A program made the position numbers and the translations under genes. A stretch of DNA of 63,997 bases, filler included, from Collodictyon triciliatum (taxonomy: Eukaryota), in assembly GCA_043381765.1 (NCBI GenBank). It is 10 parts of 10 records of this genome, joined end to end, with 100 filler letters (N's around TTAATTAATTAA, not from the genome) between each part and the next. Parts side by side here need not be neighbours in the genome. Positions count along the whole stretch, not along the records: positions 1 to 6,463 come from JBHJMP010004437.1; positions 6,564 to 13,026 come from JBHJMP010004438.1; 8 more parts are not named here. The stretch is one strand, 5' to 3'. This document shows, in pieces, positions 1 to 13,126 of this stretch. The notes below the pieces were generated by a model. It was not told the DNA's origin. It did not search any database and was given only the letters and a program-made list of their open reading frames with translations. The stretch's first letter is position 1; each line of letters opens with the position of its first letter.

Positions 1-156
1 AAAAAACAAAAAACAAAAAACAAAAAACAAAAAACAAAAAACAAAAAACAAAAAACAAAAAACAAAAAACAAAAAACAAAAAACAAAAAAAACAAAAACA
101 AAAAACAATTTAAGAGGCTCTATTCAAAAAATGACAGCGCGTACCCTTCAGCAGCC

Positions 157-3100
157 ATGGACGGCCGCAGCAGCAGCTACACCCGGAATCTTGACGAAGC
201 AAAGCGCCTGCAGACCCGCGTGCTGCAGCGACCAAACCCCGCCCGCCTGGACGACGCTCCCGGACACTTTGGTGGGCGCCTGCACTTCCCCGCCTCCTCT
301 CCCTCCCTTCCTCCCTCCGCTCCGCCCCCTCCTCTCGTGCCTTGTGTGCCTCTGCAAACAAATGCTGCCTGACTGAACCGCATGCGCAGGAGCCGACATC
401 CAGCAGACACTCGCGGCCAGTGGCTACAACCCGCTGGGCCCGGTGCAGATGCTGCCTGAGGACGCCGGTTATGGCCCGCCCGGGCCGCCCGGCCACGGCT
501 ACGACGCCTTCCACGCACACGAGTGGCACGCACCCCCTCTTGCATACGGCTATGCACCGCCCAATCAGCCACACGAAGGACATCCGCCCCACGATTACCA
601 CGGCTATGCACCGCCCAATCAGTTGTATGCGCCGCCCAATCAGCCGCCCGAAGGATATCCGCCCCACGATTACCACGGCTATGCACCTCCCAACCAGCCA
701 CACGAAGGACATCCGCCCCACGATTACCACGGCTATGCACCGTCCAATCAGCCGCACGAAGGATACCCACCCCGGGAATTCGGCACATTCGCACCGCCCA
801 ATCTACCGGCTCCCTTACCGACCCTGCCGCATGCAACGCGTAATCTCCCGTACGCACCGCCCCACCCGCACGATACCTACGACTACGTGCCGACCGCCAC
901 CTTCGGCCTGCCGCCTCCTGCGCCTGATATCCCATTGCAGTTTGCCCGCTCGTATGCTGGACACGAGGGTGCATATGTGGCAGTCCAACCACACCCTCAC
1001 ATGCAATCACATACACAAGTGCAAACACAGCCGCAGCCAAAACCACAGCTGCAGTCGGTGATGCATGTTGCACCGCCAATGACACCAACTGTCCTTCTCG
1101 GCCCGCCAATCGTGCGCACAACGTCGTTCCGCACTGCATCTGGCGAGCTGATCACCGCCCTCACTCCTGCACCTGCGCCTGCGCCAACCTCGGCCTACGC
1201 CACGTCCTTTGCAGCTGTTGCGTCTACCCCGCCTGTTGCTGTCACAGTCCCCACTGTATCCACAGCGCCCACCCCGCGCAGTGTCCACACTGTCGTCCCG
1301 TCTTCCGCCCTTGCCCTAAATCTCAATCCAGCGGTCCGCTCTGTGTCCTTCCGCTCTGCACACGACCCAGCCCTGTCCCAGCCCCTCGTGTCTCAGACCC
1401 AGGTGCAAACGCAGGCACTGACACAAACACCAGCACATGCACAGTTACAGACACAATCCATCCCACAAACAGACCAGATACAGCGTTCGGCCTCATTCAG
1501 AGCATCCAATCCTACCATAGTCCGCTCACCTTCTCTAAGAACAAACTTGGGACCGGCGGTCATTCTGGAATCATCACCCTCGCATACCCCGACCGCTTCT
1601 TCTACTCCTGTAGTTGTGCCTGCGACTAGTATCCGCTCGGGAATCCCTGGGGCATGGCTTACATCTGGATTCACAGCACCTATTCAAACATCTTCAATAA
1701 GCACAATAGACCCATCCCAGCAGCAATCACACCCCACACAGACTTTTTCGTCACAGACAGGAGCCCCTGGTACAAAAGTGGCTGACATCGAACGTCAAGC
1801 TTCTTATCGTTCTCATGCAATATCTGAAAAGCCCCTACTCCCTGTGGAAAAGCCCACCACCAACACTGTCCAAGACCCATCTACTACAGCGTCACATTCA
1901 AGCAAAAATATTCAAGGCACTGATGATTCAACAGAATCAACGATATCGGCCATCGATAACCCTTATGTAAAGTACGGTCCCCTTCTTTACGAAACTGCTC
2001 GTGTTGTGGGGCAACACCCAGCTACCTCTCACAAATCGGACCAAGGAAACTCCCAATCCCCGCCATCTATTCTGAAGTCTGGTAGGCATAATTTCCAAAC
2101 ATCTTTATTATGCCTACGATATTCAGTCATCATCAAGCCAAACTTAGCTAGTCGTTTATCCTATTTTTGATTATTCATCCCTCATCTAGTCGTCTTAATA
2201 TCACGGTTCTTATCACGTATGTGTATTTTTTTAATTTCTAAAAAAACAAACAAACATCAACTTAAGATCGCCCTCGCTCGCTGGAGATTCCCAACATCCG
2301 AGACAGATTTGCAGGCAACACGTTCACATCTACGCTGGGCGACCCTCAAGGGATGAGTTCTATCGTAAAATACGGGATAAGCTGTAAAAAACCTATACTT
2401 TCTTACTTTCATTTATCAAAAGAGAAAACGACGTATGAATCTATATGCTTTCTTTTTTTCCTTTTAACATGTTTTATCATATTTACTTTACGAAATCCCC
2501 TATGTATCAGTTCTATTATCGATTCATAACTTAAACCCATTGTAAAGCACCGTCACCATCTGCTTCACGCAATTACAACATGAGGAGCTCTCCTGGATTC
2601 GATGAATCAAATTACGAAGCATCCAGAAAGCATAGTTTACAACATCAAAATTCGGGGAGCGTGTATGAGGCTGGTACAACCCGGTATAATAGTCGTATCT
2701 CTTCGAACCAGATTTCATTATTCATTTTCAGATTCATTTTTATATGTGGACAATATGACGTGTATCCATGGCAGGGTTGTGTTTCAATGTTTGTTTCATT
2801 AGGAAAAGTAGATCATATTAAATTGTATGAAAGATCTCTCTCAAGTCCTCCGTTTGTATAATAACCGATTCACATACAAAACTAATAGGAGTCTGGCTGT
2901 TTCCTTTGGCGGGTCTGAAAATATTCAGACAGACAACGAAGCTCGAACATTCAAGGGGTATACCGATTTCCCTTCTTCTCCTGGTAAAACCCTACATCAT
3001 ACTCCTTTCGTATCATGGGCCAGCTATTTTATCAGTTCCAAATTTATATTGTGAACGTGGGCTTATTCAGTTCCCTGGGCAATTATTACTGATTTAACTT

Positions 3101-4737
3101 TCATTACATAATCATCTTGAATAGCGAAATCATCTGAAGGTGTGCTACAGCGTCGGACCTCTATTCTCTCACAAACTTCTCGAGATGCTACCATTACGGT
3201 CAATGAGGAGCTTGCATCAGTGTAATTAATTATTTACATGGTCACTGTATTTTTCAAACTTTTTTTTAACATAAACAGATATGACATCAATCACTATCAA
3301 TCCTCAAAATTGTTTCGAATGCCTGTTTTCAATATCTTAATTTCTTCCTTTTTTTCTTTTTTTGGAATAGAGCCCAGAAAGGGAGTCAAACCTTAAATTT
3401 GAGATTCAAAGGGTTATATGCTATTCCTCAAGAGGTGTTTTCAATGCGCTTTCTTCAAATATTGAATTTATCAAAAAACCAGGTATCTTTTTTTTTTTTA
3501 ACCAAAAATATTTATCGTAATCACTCTGCTGAAATATGTACTTTTACTATGTGCCCCACAACAACCTTACATAAATGGCCCATGCATTCCCCAGCTAGAA
3601 GAAATCCCTGCTGCAATTAGTTTGCTTCAATCTCTGATTGCCTTGGATGTCAGCTCCAATAAAATCAGTAATATACCCCCAACAATCGGAGAGCTTCAGA
3701 ACCTCCAGGAACTCTCTGTTTCTGAAAACTATATATTCTCCCTTCCCCGTGAAATCGGAAGAATGCAGGTGACTATTATTCTCATAAAGATTAATATTGT
3801 TATCACCACCACCAATTTAACTCTTTGGTTTAATTGCGCTCCGTATATACCATTTGCATTTTGTTTGTGTGCAATCGTATCACACTCACTTTTCTTGAAG
3901 CTTCTTAATTGAAATTATCTGCGCTGCATCGTGTACAACCTCCAGAGTCTTTGCTATTTGGCAGCTGCTGCAAATAAGCTGATTGAAATCCCAGTGGAAA
4001 TATACCAACTTCGTAACCTGCTATCCCTGGATCTGAACGGAAACGATATACGCACAGTATCCCCAGCCGCAGGACAGATGGCAAACTTGAGCCACCTTAA
4101 TCTCAGTGGAAATCAGTTGTCTTCATTGCCAAGTGAATTGTTCTCCTTGCCGTGCTTGCGGGAGCTAAACCTCTCTGTCAATACAATCACATCTCTTCCC
4201 ATGGACATCGGAAAGTGCTACTCCTTGGAGGTAATTTGTCACAGTTTCGACTTTCATAACCAAATGTACTATGAGAGGGGTTGTGCAGAATCCATAACAG
4301 CTAACCAAACTTATTCACTCACATCAAACTTGCTTCCCCTCAACTGTGGACGCATGCATTCTTGTGCCTGGGACACTCGTTGCTGCAGTCATTGACTCTG
4401 AGTGTCAACATGTGCCAGTATTTGCCTCCGTCCATCGGAAACCTCACAAACCTTGCCGAGCTTCGTCTAGAAAGCAACCAACTTGTGGAGCTGCCTCGTG
4501 AGCTCGGTCTCCTTACAAATCTCCGCAAATTCACATGCAGCGGCAATCCCATTCAGGTCAGACTTGCTTCGACATTTCCTTTTCCCCCTCACAGACGCGG
4601 TGTTCTTTGTCCGTCCTGCGAGTCACAGGTGGTCTAAAGCGTGAATTGGAATACATGAAACACAGAACCCGCCTCAGGAGGTTTGTCGGCGAGGCAAGAC
4701 TGCCATCCTCAGGTATCTGAGCGACATGATGCAATGA
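157..4737 (+). CDS. Multi-exon protein with a Pro/His/Tyr-rich repetitive N-terminus and C-terminal leucine-rich repeats
   Basis: ATG at 157; GT-AG intron 272-388 joins in frame to the long ORF 443-2082. LRR exons include LQILNLSKNQ, LIALDVSSNKI, LLSLDLNGNDI and LAELRLESNQL. The last exon 4666-4737 encodes NPPQEVCRRGKTAILRYLSDMMQ*, an LRR C-cap. Middle exons at 2268-3330 are less certain. Confidence 0.8.
548..790 (+). repeat. Coding tandem repeat, unit about GYAPPNQPHEGHPPHDYH, about 4 imperfect copies
   Basis: Repeated ggctatgcaccgcccaatcagcc...ccccacgattaccac units are visible directly. Confidence 0.9.
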
Positions 4738-5211
4738 AAGAACCCATTCGGTGGGCCACCAGGCCCCGGACTCGCCCTCCTCAACTTTCTCACGCTTTCA
4801 CCCTCTCCACCCCTCACACCTCTCCACCCCTCCACCGCCTCCACTCCAACTTAAATATGCCTGTCATTTCCCTGCCTCGCAAGCCGGAGATGAGCAATCG
4901 AGCCCCCGATAAACAAACACACCGCAAATACAGCACCGCCTCGAGTGGACAAATCTTCCTTGGCTGGGAAGCAGTGCGACGAGCCATGCTCTGCCGGGTG
5001 TTAGCAGGATACCTTTATGGAACAACGCAGACGACGCCGTGCTTGCCGCTCGAGCCCAATGTCGGTAGCAAGCGCTTGCAGCAAACCCGTGCGGGACTCT
5101 CACACAGCGCAGTCGAAGACAAGCGGTACACAGACGCGAAGCAGAGGCAGGAGAGCATGAGACACGCCTGCTGAAAACACGGCCCTCTTCATCGCCCCCA
5201 CAAATCTGGCC

Positions 5212-6175
5212 TTAGAAAGGATTGTCCACGCGCAGCTCGATGCGTGTCCTCTCGTGAGCCCGGGCCCACTCGACAAGAGTGTCTGAATATGACTGCAGGT
5301 GGTTGAAACGAAGGTCGAGGCACTTGATGCTGTTCCGGAGACACGTGAATGTGTCAGGCAGGGCGCTATGGGCGGTGTGTGGGGTGAGTGTGCTGCCAAT
5401 GCGAGTGTGATGATGCTTGTTTCTTCTTTTTTTTTTTCGGAGGAAAACTTGCTCTAGCTTGTTGGAGGACATGTCTAGGAATGACAGCCGGGTCATAGAG
5501 ATGCCGATATCTTCAGGAAGCCGGGTTATTTTATTCCTGCTGGCGTCGAGGGTATCCAGATACTTACACGACAGAAGTGAATCCGGTAGATGGCTCAGAC
5601 TGTATCACAAATCCAGTTAAAAAGTGTGGGCCATTTCTTCTTGCTCATAAATACATTAGGTCTATATTATTCTATGGCAAGAATAAGATCAAAATTAAAA
5701 ATTAGGGGTGATACTATATTCTTTTCTTTCTTTTTTTTTAAAAATAAAATAAAATGCAAACTCGTTGCCGGCAAGTTTCAGCTCTCGCAAGCAAGAAAGC
5801 AGTGAAATGTGCGGGTTCAGAGCCTTCATTTCCACAGAACAGAGAGACAGATGGTACATATTTGGCATGTAATAAACTATTCCATCTAATGCATCAATAG
5901 TGTCATATTTAATCTTGCTCTTCCTGTTGCGCGTGGGAATAGGTGGAGGGCTCGAAAACAAAGGATTTCCAGAGAAATCGAGATACTCTAGCGTTGAAAT
6001 TCTACAAAATTGCTCAGGTAGGCAGCTGATCTTATTTTGTCCCATAAACATGGTTCGGAGACTGCCCATTTCGTCGATGTTTGGGGGCAGCAGGCTTATT
6101 TGGTTGCAGCTAGCGTCGAAGTAGCGCAAAGCTCCAAGGTCTCCAATACCCTTTGGAAGGTACTCGAGCTTATTC
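5212..6175 (-). CDS. Leucine-rich repeat protein, 3' part (5' end lost at the contig edge)
   Basis: Exons encode LRYFDASCNQISLLP, LEYLDFSGNPL, LRELKLAGN, LDTLDASRNKITRLP, LSFLDMSSNKL and IKCLDLRFNHL. Stop TAA at 5214-5212. Confidence 0.8.
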
Positions 6176-6370
6176 CTGAGTAAATGGTTGTGCGCTGTAA
6201 ATTAGAGAAAAGACAAAGAACATTGCAACGAACACCACAAAGAACACCACAGCAAATATACCACACCCAAGTAAAAATAAATAAATAAAATAACAAAATG
6301 CATTTTTTTTTCTAAAAACGGCAATAGAAACGTGAAGCGGGAAGATCTCAGACAGAGGTACGGTGACTTT

Positions 6371-6462
<92 letters not shown>

Positions 6463-6563
6463 CNNNNNNNNNNNNNNNNNNNNNNNNNNNNNNNNNNNNN
6501 NNNNNNNTTAATTAATTAANNNNNNNNNNNNNNNNNNNNNNNNNNNNNNNNNNNNNNNNNNNN

Positions 6564-6656
<93 letters not shown>

Positions 6657-6660
6657 CAAC
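6371..6660. repeat. (AAC)n and (AAT)n microsatellites at contig ends
   Basis: Pure trinucleotide runs flank the linker. Confidence 0.95.
6464..6563. other. Artificial contig linker N44-TTAATTAATTAA-N44 (also at 13027-13126, 19584-19683, 26144-26243, 32695-32794, 39247-39346, 45794-45893, 52341-52440, 58887-58986)
   Basis: Identical 100-nt spacer with stops in all six frames. The contigs between linkers are all 6446-6463 nt, consistent with length-sorted concatenation. Confidence 0.97.
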
Positions 6661-6964
6661 ATTAATAAATAAATAAATAAATAAAACACCACTGCCACTA
6701 CCACTACTGGATTTAAATAACCAGAAATAATCCAAAACAAATAACTGTCATTAAACAACAAATAGGAACATACATAATCAACAATCCAAGAATTAAACCT
6801 GTCGCAGATAAACATTGAAATATCAGTCATATTAGATATGACGCAAAACACATCATACTATACTAATCGAACAACAGGCATCTCCAATAGAAAAGAAAGA
6901 GGCCACAGTCCTCCCCACAAAGACCGTCCTCCCAGCGAGCCCCACAGAGCCTGCAACACACACC

Positions 6965-9900
6965 ATGGACAAATACGCACGGCTCAGTCTCACCATCGGA
7001 GGCAGCTCCAAAGAGCGCTACGGAGCGCATTTCTTCACGCCACTGGACTCTCCTCGAGTCAGCACAATGGCGGGGCATCCACGGCCCACACCACCGGCGA
7101 CTCCGGGAACCATTGGCGAGATGAAAGTAGACGACACCCGCACCGCTGCAAAAGCTGTGCCGATGGCGCGACACAACTCGGGGAAATTCTCGCAGTCGCA
7201 TATGTTGATGGCCACGTCAAGAGGCTCCGTCGCCTGGTTCACCACGCCGGTGGATTCGGCAGATGGAATCTCCCTGTCGCCCTCGCACATGAGCCCCATT
7301 TCCCCAGAGAATGCGCTGCACGAGGCAGATGCCCCAGTCGCGAAGCCCTCTGGACGCAAAACACCGCCCCGCGGGACAGCCGGGCTGCTTTTTTCGTCCA
7401 CAACCGAGTCGCAATCGCCCTTGTCTGTCCTGGACTCTAGCAGAGACATGCTCGACTACTCTGGCCATCGGCCTGCCCCTTCGTTCAACAAGGATTTGCA
7501 TCTGCACTTTTCCTCAAACTCCACCTTGACCGAGTCGCTCTCCTCGCCCCGCCACATTGTTGACAGCGTTGCTGAGGAGCGTGATTCGCAGAGGACCATC
7601 TTGTCCATCATATCGCCCAGAAGACGTAGTCTATTCCGTCGATACAGTGTCCAGGTGCCAGAGAGTGAGAAGAAGCAGGATTCCGAGAAGAGGGTCGGTA
7701 TTCTTTGGTTGTCTTATCTTTTTCTTGTTTAATCTTTAATGTCCTGCAGACAGTATATACATATATATACGTTTTTCATGTGTATGTTTTTATTTGTTTT
7801 TAGAAAACAAACAAACAAACAAACAAACAAACAAACAAGCTACATATTTCTGATTGTTTCAGAGATAAATGAACAATTTTTAAGCCAAGAGTTCTGCTCT
7901 ACTTAATTTCTTCTCCGAAAAAATTAAATTGCTGCCAATAATAAAACAAATAATAGAGATCAAGTCTGTTTTTTGGTAGAAGGGTATCAGAAACGAAACC
8001 AATGCCGCCTTCTCAAACAGATATGGAACCAAGATTGGTCTGTATACATGATTCTTTCCTTTTTTTAAAAAATAATAACAAAAGCATAATGTCATTTAAT
8101 TATGTAACGGTAAATTTGGACAATTTTTATCTTGAAAAAACAAATCACAAAATTGAAAGGAAGAATAAAAAAAACAAATCTTGAAAAAACAAATATACTC
8201 ACAGTATTCAGGAAGAAAAGAAGATTCCGATAATCCAGACCAGATTATTATACCAGTAACACTCCAATTCAATTCATTCATGAAATTATGAGTGTTGATG
8301 GATTAACTTAATGAAAAAGTAATATTTTTTTTGAAAAACTGACAATAATTTCTTCATAATGTGTAGGAGAAGCCACATTTTCAAATTCTAGCTGAGCAAG
8401 TCGATGCCCATAAAAGCTCACAAAAAAACTCGTGTGTAGTTAACTTTCATCATATAATTACAAATGTATGTTCCCTTGAATCGAACATTAGGGCAAAATG
8501 CTTTCATCGGATGATAACTTTTCTATGTATGTAACTTAATTGCCTATGTGGTTAGAATCTGCCAATTTTTCGATACATCTTACTTAACTGCTTCCTCACC
8601 GTACCCCTATTGTAAACTTAATTCAGGAACTGTGTCTCTTTGTCCAAAGATGAGTACGGATTTCCCATGGACCAAGAAACAGCTCAGATACAGCAGAAAA
8701 TGAAAGAAACATACCTACCCAGAATGAAAAAGAGAAAAATCATTTGGCAGCAGTATCTTCAGAGTGTTGGCTTTGATGCCCAGAAAGTTGAAAAGGGATC
8801 ACAATTGTTGAGGATGGTCAGGCAAGGAATCCCACCAGAGCTCCGAGGACAGGTTTTTTTTTTTCGTATCTATTTATTAATTTTCGAATATCGAATCAAT
8901 CAGTTAATCAGATTTGATGCATTTATGATAATTAGCGGCGATCTTCCAATAATTTAAAATAGACAACTCAATTCGAATAAAGGAAAAAAAATAGACAACT
9001 CAATCTTTTCTATTATTTCCATGTGAATGCGAATAAAAAAATAGATTTGGCAAATAATCTCGGGTGTCAGGGAATATCGAGAAACGTATGAATTGACTTA
9101 CTCGCAGATGATGAAGAAAATGATGGTACACTTTTTCCCTCATTTTTTCTGCGTTGCATATCCATTTATCCCGTTTCTTTAAAAAAAAAAATAATTTTTT
9201 TTAGAAAATTTAATTCAACTTTCCAAAATAAATATACATAGATGTAGTGCAAGTTTCATCACATTTTATTTGGTTCCCCTTATATACATAACTAAGAATG
9301 TTAATAATAGGGTGATTTAAAAGATGAAGACCCTAGAGGAGCATACGAAATTGATAAAGATCTTCCTCGTACTTTCCCAGGACACAATCTAATTAATTCA
9401 CCAGAACTCTTGGCATCTTTGCGTCGCATATTGATACTTTACGCTCACTTCAACCCCCAAGTGGGTTACTGCCAGTCCATGAACTTCCTAGCTGCGTAAA
9501 CATTATCATTAATTTTTGTATTATATGGCAAGTTTCTTTAGCGGAGTGATATTAATTAATTTAAATATATTAGAAACAATTTTTTTAAAACAACAGTAAA
9601 ATAATGATTTTAAAAATATCATCTCTATAGGACATTTATAATGTTTATGAGTGAAGAAGATGCCTTTTGGATGCTTTGTCATGTCATTGCCAATATAATT
9701 CCTCCAAAATACTACTCGGATAACTTATTTGGTATTCATGTTGACCACAGAGTCTTCACCCACTTGATAAAAGTGAAATTGCCAAAGGTATTCTCATTAA
9801 CTATCTCCTCGATTATTATAATTGTGATTTTTTTCCTTTATTCGATTCAAAGTTTGTAATTGTAATCATAATCACAATGCACTTGCCTCTTGATTTTGAT

Positions 9901-12277
9901 TGTATAATATCCTTACACAATTTTGTATACTGTGCCTATATACCTCTCTATTTTATAAGATACGCTAATTTATAAATAATATTGTCATATATGGACTTCT
10001 TTATCGCCCAGCTTTACATAACCTAGTTGTTTATCTCAGATTGCCAATCATTTTGACACTCTCGGAGTCACTCTCGAATCAGTTTCGTTCCACTGGTTTC
10101 TTTGCCTTTTTGTCATGGTTCTACCATTCGAGGTCTGTATCATGATACATTGAAATGTTCACATCTTCAGTCTCCTTTTATTCATTTTCTTTTAACTACA
10201 GACATCAATGAGGATATGGGACAGTCTATTATGCGAAGGAAACAAGATTCTTTTTCGAATTGGGCTTGCTATACTCAAAATAATGGAAAGAAAAATTATG
10301 GAGGTTTTTTTGAGAATTAAGTTTATTGTGAATACAGATGATCATACGTGATTAAATAGAAACATTTTTTTCAACCTCATCTTATGCTTCATAGGCAAAA
10401 TCATTTTCCGATATCATGATTATGTTGAAAGAAGTTCCCAAGCATCTCTTCGATGGAGATTTAGTTATGAAGGTACTTTTTCTCATGATAGTTTATAGAG
10501 CACACTTGTGCATACGAGCAGGGAAAAAATTGAATGGATGAAGAGCACTTTAATTATTTTTTGAGATCATATTTAAATACTGCGAGCACAGCATCCCCAT
10601 CTCTGTTGTTCAAGTTTTCTAACTCATAATTCAAACCTTAACTGTTTTACAGGCTGGGTGGGACAATCTTTGGATAGGGTCATTCCCTAGAAAATATATT
10701 GCGGATTTGAGAAAATATTTTGGGGAGATAATCCAAAGTGAGTTTGAAATGAACAGACAGCTCTTGCAAGGTCGTGATAACCTAATGAATGATGTGGAGC
10801 GGGGTTTGAGTAATCATAGCAATAAGAATATCGAAAGTGTCACCCTCAATGCTCTTAAAAATTCTGCTCTTGGCCTATCCCTCGGACCTGATGATTCAAG
10901 TGAGTAATGCGAAGTAAAATTATGATTTGGAGGCTTTCCGCGCACGCATACACATATTTCATTTGCTCAATCTTTCTTCAAAATTCTGCTATTTTACTTT
11001 TGTATTCATAAAATATCTTCATCTCAAAGGATATCAACATTACGCCCTTAAACTCAAACATAATGACTTATTATTTAACTGTAGACGAAAATCGTGAATC
11101 AGATATGGAGTTTGACCAAAAAGAGAACGGGGCAGTCACTGGAGAAGCACCAACTTGTGAAACAGTTAGCACACCGGGCTCTATTACGTACCCCGCATCG
11201 GCCTCTGAAGAAGCTCATCGCTTCACCCAATATAATATTTTACCTTCACTATCATCACTTTTGGAGAGTCACGGAATCTCTAATCCAGCAGCACAGCTTG
11301 TGCGAAGCGATAGTAGCAAGAGCATGACATCAATATCCCAAACCTCTTTATTCTCATCCTCACAAGGTAGCTTGGGCGTTCAAAATATGAGGTACCCATC
11401 TAAGGCGAATCTCTTGGCCAGGAGTCCAAGCCAAACACACTTTTCAGCAGTCACCACGGGTTCATCACCTGGTCTGTCCAGGAAGGGCACAATCACCAGG
11501 ATGGATGCGGCAGTGGTTGTTGTGAACCAAGAAGACGATTTGAGCCTTGATTTCAGCCGCAACGAATCACCGAGAAGCAGGTCAAGAAACATATCTTTTG
11601 CGGAGTTGACTGTTCTTTTCACTCTGGAGGACTATTCTGATTCGAGCGAGGGCGAAGATGAAGATATATTATTGTCTCATGGTGCTGACGATTCCATATC
11701 CCTGAATTCTGATTTCTCTGGACCCGCAGACACATACTTGAAATCGACATCATCGATGTTGGAACATGACGAAAGCCATCACGGGAATGAGCCTTGCAAC
11801 ACATTTATCTTGAACTTCAACAAAACCAAGACATCACAATCGGAAAACCAAACACCGGTGCAGAAATCTGATCCAATAGCAATGCAGAGGGCTTCTGAGG
11901 ATGGGCCCGCCAGCACCCAAGCGGAAGGCTCGCATCATAACCCTGCCACGGACACACATTCCAGTCGAAGCCCTCCTGAAAACGAGCAGTTTTCAATCCG
12001 CGATACCGCAACTTTCCCAATGCGCGGTGCGGCGTCTTACATCGAACGACAGGATTATCTCGGGACTTCTCATAGAAGATACGCAGACTTTCATTCGTCA
12101 ACATATACAGAAAGCTCCCTAGCACTACAAAGACGCCGTAGGAATGGGTCTGGCGGCAGAGCTCAAAGAAGACCAAAGGCCACCAAAGAGTCCTTCTTGG
12201 CTCCGGATGCAAAAACCGTCGAGGCCCATCTGCAGTTGATTGACAGTCTGCGTCAGCGACAGGAGAAAGAAGGCTAG
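6965..12277 (+). CDS. TBC-domain Rab GTPase-activating protein, multi-exon
   Basis: Spliced exons give DEYGF, LRMVRQGIPPELRGQIW, EIDKDLPRTFPGH (IxxDxxR), VGYCQSMNFLAA (YxQ), EEDAFWML and HWFLCLF. Ser-rich termini; TAG ends at 12277. Confidence 0.92.
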
Positions 12278-12613
12278 ATTTGTCCCCTGATGGCAATCAA
12301 ATGAATGATGGGAGAATTGGTGCGAAGAAGAAAAAGAATATACAATAAAAAAAAGAGATAATGAGAGGCGGATGACAAGGAGGGAGTGTTTAAACGGTAG
12401 GTTTTGTCTCTGTTTTCTGCGTCTCTCAGGAAGGAAATACGAAGCCTTTTTTTTTTTTTATTGTTTGATTCTTTTTGTTTCTATCTCTTTGTTTTTGTTT
12501 GTTCTCGGGATATTTTGGCGAGCACAAAAAAGACAGAAGGCAGAGAAGCACAAGCACGCAGGCAGGACGAACGGCAACACTGCGGCGCAGAAAAGCAGGG
12601 CAGTGTAAACATC

Positions 12614-12780
12614 TCAGTAATCGTCCTCATCCGCATAGAACCCCCCGAGCTGCGCAGACTCGGCCATCTCAACCATCAGAATGTGTGCTCGTTTGCTCGA
12701 TGTGCTCGGGTTCTCTAGAATCAACAACGATGTCCTCCGGATTTCCAGTGCATCCCGCTCCGCAAGGCTGATGTCATCTC
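12614..12780 (-). CDS. Probable terminal exon of an unidentified gene
   Basis: An AG acceptor follows a (CACAAACACACT)n tract, then an open frame DDISLAERDALEIRR...GGFYADEDDY*. No family recognised. Confidence 0.35.
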
Positions 12781-13126
12781 CTGTCGTCTGTGTTTGTGAG
12801 TGTGTTTGTGAGTGTGTTTGTGAGTGTGTTTGTGAGTGTGTTTGGGCTACAGCGAACCACCAAAAAAAAAAAAAAATAGAACCAAACACACAAGGGGAAA
12901 GTTTGCATATCTCGTTTCTTTTCAGATAGGAAGATAAGCGAAAATATCATCAGGGAGTCAATGATAATGTTGATTCGGCATGCTGTTTTCCATTTTCCCT
13001 AACTCTCCGACATTTTTCACTGCGTTNNNNNNNNNNNNNNNNNNNNNNNNNNNNNNNNNNNNNNNNNNNNTTAATTAATTAANNNNNNNNNNNNNNNNNN
13101 NNNNNNNNNNNNNNNNNNNNNNNNNN

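Noticed and set aside
548-790. Repeat-spacer pattern resembling a CRISPR array
   Set aside because: It is an in-frame coding tandem repeat without unique spacers, in a eukaryotic gene, with no cas genes.
110-1139. Long overlapping alternative-frame and antisense ORFs (also around 22097-23287 and 57988-58695)
   Set aside because: These are shadows of GC-rich or repetitive real coding sequence and show no recognisable motifs.
4683-5174. 163-aa ORF between the two LRR genes
   Set aside because: It overlaps the real last LRR exon in another frame, has a non-ATG start and shows no motifs.
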